This document shows positions 1-12,000 of a stretch of DNA of 64,000 bases, one piece after another; position 1 is the stretch's first letter, and the number at the start of each line of letters is the position of its first letter. The stretch comes from the human T2T-CHM13v2.0 reference genome, Homo sapiens. The stretch lies in NCBI RefSeq assembly GCF_009914755.1, contig NC_060927.1; one strand, 5' to 3'. The position numbers and the translations under genes are program-made. The notes below the pieces were generated by a model that saw only the letters and a list, made by a program, of their open reading frames with translations, had not been told where the DNA came from and did not search any database.

Positions 1-2060
1 CTCCTGTGAAGTAAGTTTCTTTCCCACCAAACTTCCGCCATGGGTCTTTCCGAAAGCCCCATGTGAATCCCTCCTATGCAATATGTTGTTTTGTAAAATA
101 AGAGGACACACAGGCCTTATTTTCCATGAGAAAATATTTTACACTATAGCATTACAAGAACCATAAAAGGCTCATGGGAAGGCTCAATGAATACCTGTTG
201 AACGAATAATCCTAATCAATGTAACAGTGGCCCCCACCAAGTTGCCTTATGGTCCACACAAAGCAATGATCAGTCACTCATAACTTAGACCTAAATTAAA
301 GAATAATGGTCTGTCAGGACTAAGGGTCATTTTGGAGACCACCTGAGTCCCACCATTCAATGGAACCTTGAGGCACACCTACCAGATTCTGGATGGGTGG
401 TCACTCAGGTGATGTACAAGCTCTTCTCATCAGTCCCCCTTTGAGGAAGCTGGAACTTCCTGAAGCAGCTCAATTCACTTTCACAGAATTCGACTTGTAA
501 ATGGAATGGGTGAAACAATGGATTAGTATGATGGCTCACACCAGCGATCCTTATAGGGAAGTCATGTTCTTTTTAGGAAAATCTTGAGAAGCGCCGCACC
601 TGAGGAGGCAGGCGAGATCCTGTGCACAAGGACTGGCGAGAAATAAGACAAGAAGAGACACCACCAGCTATCTCTACATGGAAGAGACAGGGGACAGAGA
701 AAAGGGAAGCAGGGGAGAGAGGGAGATTGAGCAACTGGGTGGGGTACTAGATCCTGACCCACGGAAGTGACTGAGGAGTACTTGGAAGAGGGAAATAGAG
801 CACCGAACTTCAAGTATTATTTTTTAATTGTGTGCTTTAAACTTCTTCATCTTTTTAGGTCTCCAGTAAAGTATCTTATGTACACCAAGGCCTCATAAGT
901 GAATTGTCAGAAACCAAACAGGAGTGAGTCTACACCTTCTGGGGAGAACATGACGCTTCAACAGGCAGAGAAACAGGCTTCTGACACACTGAGTTGGCAG
1001 AAAAATCTTTGTTGATATAGAGGTTGCATTTAAACCATTGCTCTCTAAGCTAAAGTCTACTTTTACTAGATCATCTCCTATTGGTACTAATTCTTCACTT
1101 TGAATTTGCATCAAGCCAGACTTCATGACCCTGGACCAACCATCAGACGGTCTTTTATTCTTGGGCCAAGACATCCTCTCTCCACACAGACGGTTTTGTC
1201 TCTACCACTTACTTAGAATGCTCTCCACCAAACAAGCTCAGCTTTTTACGTGTTTCTCTTCAAGCACAACAAAGGGAACTAAACAAAATACTCTGGAAGG
1301 AGCTGGTCCATTCTGTGAGCACCAACAACATCCCAGATAACGTTTACATTTGTTCTGCATAACCCTGATGAAGGAATTTCAGTGGACCAACAGCAAATAG
1401 AAACTCCGTGTCACTGTTCCCTTGGATGCTTCCAAATTATGTCTTCTACCCTCATTCTTGGACTTGGTAGTTAGAATTTTCTTTGGGCTTATACTCAAGA
1501 AATTATACTCATCCCTCTTGAATTTAATCTTCTGACATTGAACCTGTTTTCCAGCCAGTAGAAATCATTTTAAAAACTGATTCTAGAATCTAATAATTTT
1601 ACAATTCCTTCAAAACTTGTGTCATTCATAAATTTGCAATTCATGAAGTCTCTGACTTCACTTAAGACCCTGTGGCACAAACCTAAAGAACATCCCTTCA
1701 TGTTACATTCTGAATCTTAGGTAGAGTGCTGCAACTGACCTCAATAGTTGCTTCTGAGTCATGCTGCTCTGAGCTGGCTCTAAGGGCTGGCACATCCAGG
1801 AGGCTCAGGGAACTCACTGTGCCCTCAAGCCTCAGACCTTGACAACAGTGATGCTAGTATACAAAGTCTCTGGACATCCTCAGTGATTAGCACAGTGCCT
1901 TGCATAGAGAAAATATGCCAATGGCCACCAAATTGATGCTCCACAGATGCCTCTATTTCCAGCCTCCTGGCAAATGAGCAAGGCAGATACATGAATCAAG
2001 TTGAACACTGTCTGCAGCCCAGGATATTTCCCTATTATATATGAGGAAGCAAAGCAACTG

Positions 2061-3136
2061 TGTTGCGGGAAGTCAGGGACCCCGAACGGAGGGACCAGCT
2101 GAAGCCATGGCAGAAGAACATAAATTGTGAAGATTTAATGGACATTTACTAGTTCCCCAAATTAATACTTTTATATTTTCTTATGCCTGTCTTTACTGCA
2201 ATCTCTGAACATAAATTGTGAAGATTTGATGGACACTTATCACTTCCCCAATTAATACTCTTGTGATTTCCTATGCCTGTCTTTACTTTAACCTCTTAAT
2301 CCCGTCATCTTCATAAGCTCAGGATGAATGTCGCCTCAGGACGCTGTGATGATTGCGTTAACTGCACAAATTGTTTAAACAATATGAAATCTGGGCACCT
2401 TGAAAAAAGAACAGGATAACAGCAATGTTCAGGGAACAAGGGAGATAACCTTAAAGTCTGGCTGCCTGTGGGCCAGGCGGAACAGGGCCATATTTCTCTT
2501 CTTTCAAAAGCAAATAGTAGAAATATCGCTGATATTCTACTCAGTAAGGAACTGAGTTTTCTCAGTAAGGAACATCCCTGAGAAAGAGAATGCATGCCTA
2601 TGGGTAGGCCTCTAAAATGGCCGCTCTGGGGACGTCTGTCTTTTACGGTAGTTGATAAGGGATGAAATAAGCCCTGGTCTCCTGTAGCTCTCCCAGGCTT
2701 ATTAGGACGAAGAAATTCCTGCCTAATAAATTTTGGTCAGACTGGTTGTCTGCTCTCAAACCCTGTCTCCTGATAAAATGTTATCAATGACAATGTGTGC
2801 CCAAAACTTCATTAGCAATTTTAATTTCACCTCGGTCCTGTGATCTCACCCTGCCTCCATTTGCCTTGTGATATTTTACCTTGTGAAGCATGTGATCTCT
2901 GTGACCCACACCCTATTCGTACACTCCCTCCCCTTTTGAAAATCACTAATAAAAACTTGCTGGTTTCACGGCTCAGGGGGCATCACAGAACCTGCTGACA
3001 TGTGATGTCTCCCCCAGACACCCAGCTTTAAAATTTCTCTCTTTTGTACTCTTTCCCTTTATTTCTCAGACTGGCCGACACTTAGGGAAAATAGAAAAGG
3101 ACTCACGTTGAATTATCGGGGGTGGGTCCCCTGATA
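2061..3136 (+). mobile_element. Solo LTR, MER11 family (HERV-K11/HML-8), probably MER11C
   Basis: Starts TGTTGCGGGAAGTCAGGGACCCCGAACGGAGGGACC and ends GGTCCCCTGATA. Length 1076 bp, AATAAA at ~2948. Perfect 6-bp TSD CAACTG (2055-2060 / 3137-3142), typical of ERVK. Confidence 0.93.
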
Positions 3137-4035
3137 CAACTGCAATTATTTCCCCCACGCCCTTTCCTTCTGCTGACTCAAAAGGCTTGTGGATTTTGAC
3201 TAATTTGTTTCTTATCATCCAGGACTTTTACTTAGGGCTCTGTCACTGTTAGGTTGGCTGTTTGAGAGTCTGTGATGTAGAAACTGAAGAATCAAGAGAA
3301 AGTGACAAAACCAGAGAGGCAGCAGTGAAGGAACAAGAGGCATCAGGCTAGCTCCTGGGGAGGAAGTGATGATGGAGTTTAGAAAAGAAAGGAGCAAGGG
3401 GGCTTGGGGCATGAGGGAAATAAATGGAAAATGGAAGGAGATTCTAGGAAATAATGCAATGGACTCTTTCTTTCCTTCACGATAATTTAGAAACTCAGGA
3501 GAATAATTTACTTTGAAATTACCTTTTGATGGCTGGACCATGTTTCCTTGGCCATGACTTCATGCTTAAACTGGTCACACACATTCTTGGCTTTTACATG
3601 TTCCCTTTTGTTGGAATGTCTACATCTCCACTTTATCACATGGTCAAACAAAATTGATCATATCTTTGTTTTTCCTCTTTTTAACTTTCCAAAGAGAGTT
3701 TCTGAAGACAACAGAAGAAATGCGCTTGCACTCAATAGTTACAGTGTCTTAAACTACTCAGATGAAAGAAAGATCAAATAGGTCATTCCTTCCTCATGCC
3801 ATTACATTTTAAGGGGATCAAAAATCTCCATGTCCAAAAATGTTTCCCTATTGGCCAGCCACCATGCCTCCAATTCCTACCTTTTGAATATATATTTTGG
3901 ATTAAGGCATTATCTCCTAAGATAATCTTAATGGAAAAATTAGCATTTCCTGAGTTCTGCTGCTTACCAGGTACTTTACATCCATTACTTCATTTCTTCC
4001 TCATGGCAACCCTGCAAGCACTCATTTCAAGAGGC

Positions 4036-4480
4036 TGTACTCTTAAGAACTATGTCTCTCAAAAAGATATGGAGTCCTAAGTCCCAGCACCTCAGAACGG
4101 AACCCTATTTGAAAACAGGATTGTTGCAGGTAAAATTACCTAAAAAGAAGTAATACTAGGGTAGAATGGACCCTTAATCCAATATGACTCATGTCTTCAA
4201 AAGAAGAGAAAAATTTGGACACAAAAGGAGAGGGTGGGCATGCAGTGATGCAGTGATAGCATCAGAGACTGGAATTATGCATCAATAAGCCAATGAACCC
4301 AAAGATTATCTGCAAACCCTAAAAACTAAGAAAGACCAAGGATTCTCCCCCACATATTTTAGAGGGAGCATGGGCCAGATTTTAGACTTCTAGTCCCCAG
4401 AATTGCAAGGTGATAAATTTCTCATGTTTGAGCCACACTGTTTGTGGTACTCTGGTAAGGCAGCCCCAGGAAACTCACAC
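4036..4480 (+). mobile_element. MaLR solo LTR, MLT1C-like
   Basis: Motifs GTCCTAAGTCCCAGCACCTCAGAA and CCCTTAATCCAATATGACT...AAATTTGGACAC; 3' end GCAGCCCCAGGAAACT. Confidence 0.8.
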
Positions 4481-4584
4481 AACAACCAAACTCAGACGGC
4501 ACTGGCTTTCAGTTGTTGCTTTGCCACTATTTAGGCTGCCTAAATAGTTTAATTTAAGTAATACTTACATTACTTAAGTATAGT

Positions 4585-4870
4585 AAACCTCAAGTTTTTC
4601 CATCTGCAAAATGCAGGTAATGCCATCTACTGTGACACAGATTTTGTTTTAATGAAGTAAATGAAAACCTCTGTACTCTGCTTAATACAATTCCTTGCAT
4701 CAAGTAATCATTTAATGAATGGTATCTTCTGCTATGATCACTCTCATGGTTATCATTTCTTCCCCTTATAAATGAAGAAACTAGGAAACAGGTTCAAAAC
4801 CATGCTTAGGGATATGGCAGAGCTGGGGCTTCAAAATCAGGTCTGCCTAACTCCAAATCAAGTGTCATAT
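4585..4870. mobile_element. Two MIR fragments in opposite orientations
   Basis: MIR core-like TTTCCATCTGCAAAATG (+) and AAATGAAGAAACTAGG (-). Confidence 0.55.
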
Positions 4871-6304
4871 TCCACCATAGCCGTTAGGAGACAGATGATA
4901 CTTGCTCAAGAATCTGGGGGTGTTCTGAGAAGCTGTACATCAAGAGATAACATCTGGAATATGACACAAGAAGAAATGGATTTCTAATGTAGCACATAGG
5001 GTGATATCTGGGTGGGCATCTCTATAAGGGAGGGGGAATCAGGAATGCTAAGGTCACAACTTTGCTCTACCAGCTCCAGCTGGTGCTCTCCCCTGTGTTA
5101 CCCTCACTCCCCACCAAGTTATGTTAACAGCTGCTATTTCTTCAAGAGGTAATGTTTCATCCTTTCATGTCACCAAGTTTCTGGAAGGCATCCAACTGCA
5201 CAAAAGCCTTCTGGTTCCTTGGGTAGTCCAGCAGGCTGGCTTCTTTTCATCCATGTGCACAGAGTCCCTGCCTGTGGCAGTGCCCTGGGCAGTGTGAAGA
5301 GACTCGCAGAGCCATGGGTCAGCCACACTCTCCTAATCCAAGTCACCTTCATTTCATACACAAAAGCTGTCTTGGCTCCTCAGCCAGAAGCCCCGGTAGT
5401 GCTGGGGCAAAGATGCAAGTCGGATATGATTTAAAAACCCTTCCAAAAGCAAAAGGATTGAGTTCCATGAATAACAGCTCACAGATTCTGCATGTATTAG
5501 ATTTACTTTGAAGAAAGGATAGATTAAAAGAAGAGACTAAAGACAGGGAAATAAAAGACTACTACAGTAAGTATTCAAGACCCCTGGTTTGGTCCAACCC
5601 CCACTAAAGTTTATGCATTTTCCCTATGACTCAAAAGAACCTAATTCTGGTTCTGTCACTAACAATTTGTATGTCCCCAGCCCTAGGCCCTAGACATCTA
5701 GTTAGTGACAGACCAGATCTAAGAATCAGTCTTCTACCTCCCCATTGTGCATTCCGATTCTTCCATAGTGGACAACTGCACACAAAAATGAGCATATGCA
5801 GCAAAAAAGAAATTTTAGAACTTGCTTCGGTAAGCATCGAATTTATAAACTTCTGGTTCCTGTTCTTCCTAATCACAGTATAGTCAATAGGATTTTTGTA
5901 TTTATCTGGAGGAGGCTTTGCACTCATGAATACTGTATCCCGTCGGTTGTACTCATTGCAAAATTATATTAAAAAATGGAAAAATTTAATCTCTCCCTTT
6001 AACGCCATAAATACCAGTTAATGCAATTTCTGAGGCAATTTTTAAGTGTTACATCCCATACAACTTGATGTGAAAAATACCAATAGGCTGTGAGAGTGAG
6101 AAACCAAGCAAACTACACTAGTACTTCCCCAAACGGAGTGAAGAAAGGGTGCCCAACAGATATAAAATTCCACGAAAATATAATATGCTATGTAGATGAT
6201 GACTAAATTTGCACATAAGTTCAAGGACAACTTAATCAAATTTGAAAACAATAGCCTTAAAAAAACTGAAAATTTGTTACTTATATTAAAAGAAAGTTAA
6301 AAGC

Positions 6305-6351
6305 AAAAAAAACCCAACCAAACAAACAAACAAAACAAAACAAAACAAAAA
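6305..6351 (+). repeat. (CAAA)n/(CAAAA)n microsatellite
   Basis: Read directly. Confidence 0.9.
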
Positions 6352-6653
6352 CACACCCTTCCCAAGGTTGTCTATGATAAAGGACGTTTAGAATTGAAGT
6401 GATAATGAAACTTTTATGACAGACTCAAGGCATCATTCTCCTTCTAGACTCAAACAGGAGTTTGCTGCCTAATAACACAAGGCAAAATCTGCTCCTTTCT
6501 CTTTTACTCTTTTCCTTTTTTCCCTCTCCCTGAGACATTTGTGTGTATAGAATGCTCTGGGTCATTTCCAGGGCTTTTTTCTCCAAGGAGACCTAGCAAG
6601 CCCTTGCATGGATGGTGTGCATGCCTTGCACTTCTGGCAAACTCTGTCCTAAA

Positions 6654-7419
6654 ATCTGAGATTCCTCACACATCTTACAGAGCCCAGTCCGACGCACCAA
6701 GGTGTGGAGACCATAATAAACCAGACGTATCTAAAAGTCTCTGCTGGGATGGAGAGGTAGGACCTGGATCAATGAATCCAGAAGTCATGAGGCCCAGCTG
6801 GGAAAGAAGGATGACAGAAGGCAAGTCCAAACTTCACACTTGGCTGATACAGTGACAAACATGACAGGGAGCACTTGAATGGAGCCTTTTTTGAGGCTAA
6901 GAGAGTAATAGGAAAATAATGCATGCTGAAGTACTATAGATAGAAAAAAGAGTCACGGACCCAGAAGCCTGGAGCCTCGATTCAGAGCACCTATTTTCTC
7001 ACCTATATCTCATGAGGTCAGGAAACCTCCTTACCTGTTCATGATTGAGTTTCCTAACCTAAAAGGAGGAGGAGGGAAAGCCTATACCCATTGCAAGTAG
7101 TTGTTAGAAGGACAATCACCTTATTCAACAGCTTACTCAATGGTGATTTGCAGATCCTGATTCTCTGTCACTTGACTTACAGGGAATTTGAGATGGAATG
7201 AAATACTGGGCTGAATAAAAATCCAAGAAGGAAACTCAACACTCAGATTTATACCTTCTGGGCGTATGAAGAGAGGCATTTTCATAGTTGTGCTTAATTA
7301 GGAGTCACAGGAAGAAGGGAGACAGAAAAGACAGAGAACAATAGAAAGATGAAGAAGTAACATCCAAGATTCCCCACACATCTCACAGAACCCAGTCTGA
7401 TGCACTAAGGTGTGGAGAC
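6654..7419 (+). repeat. Dispersed direct repeat of ~58 bp (6654-6711 and 7362-7419)
   Basis: The 53-bp core matches at 47/53 positions and every difference is a transition. Confidence 0.9.
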
Positions 7420-7668
7420 AAATGAGTCATTTTCTCTGTCCTCAAAACATTGATAGCCTAGCAGTAGATCAAATGCACTCTTAAGAATAATACAATAAGA
7501 TAAAATTGAAAGTATGGCCAAAGGTTTGAGGAGACGCACATAGGGAGCAACGGGTTCTTCCTGGAGGTGGGGATAGCAGTAGAAATTTAAATATAGGGGA
7601 AGTGGCATTTCTGCTAGGACTTGAAGGCTATGTCGGTGCACATGAGGGGAGAAAGAGGAAGAAAGGCA

Positions 7669-8307
7669 TGCTATGGTAGGCAGAATCATCTCACCAACCA
7701 TATACCCATGCCCGAATCTCTAAAACTTGCAAATGTCACCCAACTTGTCAAAAGGGGTGTTGTAAATTTTTTAAGGCTATAGATCTTTAAATAGAGATAT
7801 TATTTTAGATTACCTTGGATAGCCTAATTTAGCCGTAAAAGCCCTTAAAAGCAGAGAGCTTTTCTTTGGCTTGACTCCACGAGAGAAGGGAGAAGAAGTT
7901 AGACAGATTTGAAGCCAGAGAGGGGCTCAAGCTGACATTTTTGGGTGACTGGGGTAGGGGGGCACGAAAAGCATGAGAAAGAATCTGGGCAGCATCTGGG
8001 AGCAAAAGCTCATCTCCAGCTGAAAGCCGACAAGAAAATGAAGATCTCAGCCCTGCAACTCTAAGAGGCAGAAGTTGACTAACCACCTGGATGAACTTGG
8101 AGGTGATTCATTCCCAGAGTCTCCAGAAATAAATGGACCCTTTCCAATGCCTCAATTTTAGCCTTGTGAGTCTCTAAACTGAGGACCCAGTTGTGGTATA
8201 GTGTATCTAGACTTCTCATCTACAGAACTGTGAGATAACAAGTTTGTATAATTTTAAGCATTAAATGTATGGCAATTTGTTACAGCAGCAATGCAAAAAC
8301 TAATACA
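7669..8307 (+). mobile_element. MaLR solo LTR, MLT1E-like
   Basis: Start TGCTATGGTAGGCAGAAT, internal GCCCTTAAAAGCAGAGAG and CTACAGAACTGTGAGATAA, end ACTAATACA. Confidence 0.78.
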
Positions 8308-8310
8308 TAT

Positions 8311-8669
8311 TGATATGGTTTGGCTGAGTCCCCACTCAAATCTTGAATTGCAGTTCCCATAATCCCCATGTATCATGGTAGGGACCCGGTGGGAGGTAAC
8401 TGAATCATGGGGGTGGTTTTTCCCATGCTGTTCTCATGATAGTGGATAAATATCATGAGATCTGATGGTTTTATAAAAGGGGAGTTCCCCTGCATAAGCT
8501 CTCTTGCCTGCTGCCATGTAAGACATGACTTTGTTCCTCCTTTACCTTCTGCCATGATTGTGAGGCCTCCCAAGCCATGTGGAACTGTGACTCAATTAAA
8601 CCTTTTTCCTTTGTAAATTACCCAGTCTCAGGAATGTCTTTATTAGCAGCATGAGAACAGACTAATACA
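8311..8669 (+). mobile_element. THE1 solo LTR (THE1B/THE1C)
   Basis: Start TGATATGGTTTGGCTG, internal GAGATCTGATGGTTTTATAA and CCATGATTGTGAGGCCTCC, end GACTAATACA; 359 bp. Confidence 0.92.
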
Positions 8670-9179
8670 TGAGTGCCTTGCAAAAGGAATAGAAGAGCAA
8701 ATGCATGGGGTCATAAGAAAGTGTGGTATGGCTCCATAGAGGGGATCTGGGGAACTACTGTGAATAAGGCAAGAAAGGTGAGCAGCAGCTTACAAAATCT
8801 ATATAAAATGAAGCTGTATCATAATCAAAAGGGATGCTTAGGAGGCTTTTGAGCAAAGGAATGACTAACATGATTTGGGAAATTAGCTAGAAAATTTATA
8901 AATTCCTAAACTCACCAGAATTCATAATTAACAAAAGCCTCCTTGCCTTTGAAGAAATCATAGCACTTTGCATTTTTATTCAAATGGTGTTGCCATGGTC
9001 TGAATATCCAGAAAAGTTCTCTGTGGGATCTGATTTTAGAGCCAGTTTTAGAACTCCAGTAGTTTACATACATAAACACTGAAGCTTGGACTTTTTTATT
9101 CACTTCCTAGAATGACCTTGCTTAACTGATCAAATACTTCCTTACCACTAAATTCAAAGGGCATTCTTTGAAGCTCTAA

Positions 9180-9527
<348 letters not shown>

Positions 9528-9659
9528 TCAGTCCCTTATTTTTAAAATAATTTTTTAATTTAGTTGCTATGATATAGAAATCTCATGGAGTTCCTTCTAC
9601 TTCTCTGGCTGATATTTCTCATTTTAAAAATAAATTCATTTTTCTCTGCCCAGAAAATA

Positions 9660-10000
9660 AATGTAAGATTTCACCAAGGCCTGGTCTAAGGGCCTCTGCT
9701 CTTCTCACTCTTATATACTGTATTCCTCAATTATCATACTTATTATCACCTATTTGCAGATGATTTATAAATGTCTCTCTTCAGTTGAGACCTTGGATAT
9801 TAATATATCCAAATACATCTGTCATATTTCTTCTTGGATCTCTCCAAGACATCTCAAATTCAACCTCTCCAAAACCAAACTAATCAAAGTAATGCCTAGA
9901 CTTGGTCTTACTTCAGTGTTCTCTCTCCCTGTGAATAGTTCCATCACCTTTAATCCAGAGCCCCAGCATCATTCTTGGCCTTTTCCACTCTACTTAATAC
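9660..10000 (+). mobile_element. L2 fragment
   Basis: ATCTCAAATTCAACCTCTCCAAAACCAAACT resembles the L2 consensus. Confidence 0.65.
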
Positions 10001-10987
10001 CTGGAGCTATACTTTAAGGGCAGTTAAGTATGGAGAGATATATTCAGAGAGATGTGGCAAAAATGATTCATGAGCAGATCACCTGATGAACAACTAAAAG
10101 ATTAGTGGATGTGTTTCTTAGAGAACAGATTAAAAGGGATGCCACCGAAGGATGGAGCTGTACTGAATTCTCTTGTTTAGGATCTTAAGTAGTAGAATTA
10201 GGATGAATTAATTGAAACCACAGGAGAGCAAAAGGAAAGATTGCTGATTACTATATGTGGGGATGGAGACCATTGTCCTGGAAGGGAGCCAACTCTCAGT
10301 TATGGACTGTGTTCAAGCTTGTCAGAAGGACACTTAATTACTTCAAATAGACACTTAGAGAATATTTAATAATTACCTAGTATGTAACAGTCCATCAGAG
10401 AGGCATGAATGTACAACATGAGGCTTTGGGCTGGAAGAGCCTCTAGATCCCTCCTAAAACTGAGTTTCTGTAATTCTGTATCCCTATTATTAGGTTCAAA
10501 TGCCAAAATACAAGTAGTGTTATTTAACTTTTTCCAATAGTGGCCATGTAGTCTCTTTAGAAGTGGTTTGTACTTTTCTTCCACTACCATATGTGACTTG
10601 AAAACAAGAGGAGAAGAGGAATAAGAAAGAATGCACAAGCTCTGGGGTAGCTCTGAGCCTTCTTAATGCTGGGAAAGCAATCTGTTTTCCCAGCCACTCC
10701 CAACACTAGGGGACATAAAAGATCCAGACTTTATAGGCTGTGAACCAGATCCTAGAAAGGAATCTATCTGCAAAGCTGCTCCATTTGAGTAATTCCAGTT
10801 TCTCTTCTCTTCACAATTGGGTATATTTGGGGTGCATTGGGACCATCAGTCCATGTTCCTAGATTTCCTCCTAAGGTTGGTATTTCAGTCAATTTGTCTT
10901 TTCATGGGACCACTCCATTCAATTTTTTTAGGTTCTAGACTCTCTTTCAAGGCACATGGGCTCCTAAATATAATTTTTCACTAAGTA

Positions 10988-12000
10988 TGTCTTGGTTTGG
11001 TTTCTCTCAGAGCCAGACCCTCAGGAAATAATAAGAAAACTAATAGTTTAGTTAGGAGGGAATCTCATGAAACACCAGTAGTAAAGGGAGAGATGAAACA
11101 AACAAGAGCAGCCAGAAAACAGAGGGTGTTGTCAAGAAGCTTACCACTGGGAGTTAATGGAGCATAATCTCATTTGCAATCTCTGAGAACCACATAGATT
11201 TGTACCTCAAAAATATCCCACCAGAGGCAAGGGAGTCTCTGCCACTTATTTATTGAGAGCTTCTCTTAGGACGCATTAATTTTCTACTGCGTCAGTCTGC
11301 CATGCGCAGACGCAGAATGGGCTTGCCCAGTAGAAAAAAATTCTTTATGCAGAGAAGCAGATGCTGACATATGAAGTTGAAGTTAGGCAGAAAACACTAT
11401 TGTATTAGTCAGGGTACTCTAGAGGGACAGAACTAATAGGATAGATGTATACAAGAAGGAGAGTTTATTAGGAGAATTGACTCACATGATCACAAGGTGA
11501 CGTCCCACAATAGGCCGTCTGCAAGCTGAGGAGCAAGGAAGCCAGTTCGAGTCCCAAAACCTCAAAAATAGGGAAGCCAACAGTGCAGCCTTCAGTCTGT
11601 GGCTGAAGGCCTGAGAGCCCCTGGGAAACCACTGGTGTGAGTTCAAGTGTCCAACAGCTGAAGAACTTGCAGTCCGATGTTTGAGGGCAGGAAGCATCCA
11701 GCATGGGAGAAAGATGATGGCCAGATGACTCAGTGAGTCTGCTCTTTCCACATTCTTCTGCCTACTTTATTCTAGCCATGCTGGCAGGTGATTACATGGT
11801 GACCACCCATATTGAGGGTGGGTCTGCCTCTCCCTGTCCACTGACTCAAATGTTAATCTCCTTTGGCAACACCCTCACAGACGTACTCAAGAACAGTACT
11901 TTGCATCCTTCAATCTAATCAAGTTGACACTCAATATTAACCATCACAACTATGATGCCAGGGCCCAGAGAACATGGGCCAAGCACCAATCCCTTCTGCT
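10988..12000 (-). mobile_element. Old ERVL LTR (LTR33-like), split by MLT2A2
   Basis: TGTCTTGGTTTGGTTTCTCTCAGAGCCAGACCCT...GTTTAGTTAGGAGG; similarity resumes after 11953. Confidence 0.6.
11401..11948 (-). mobile_element. MLT2A2 (HERV-L) solo LTR
   Basis: Reverse strand starts TGTGATGGTTAATATTGAGTGTCAACTTGATT and ends CCTGACTAATACA; 548 bp. Perfect 5-bp TSD ACTAT (11396-11400 / 11949-11953). Confidence 0.92.

Noticed and set aside
841-929. Possible 65-nt exon (TTTTTAG|G at 859, GGA|GTGAGT at 923), and a similar pair at 21444-21652
   Set aside because: Splice-like motifs alone, with no coding or cross-exon support.
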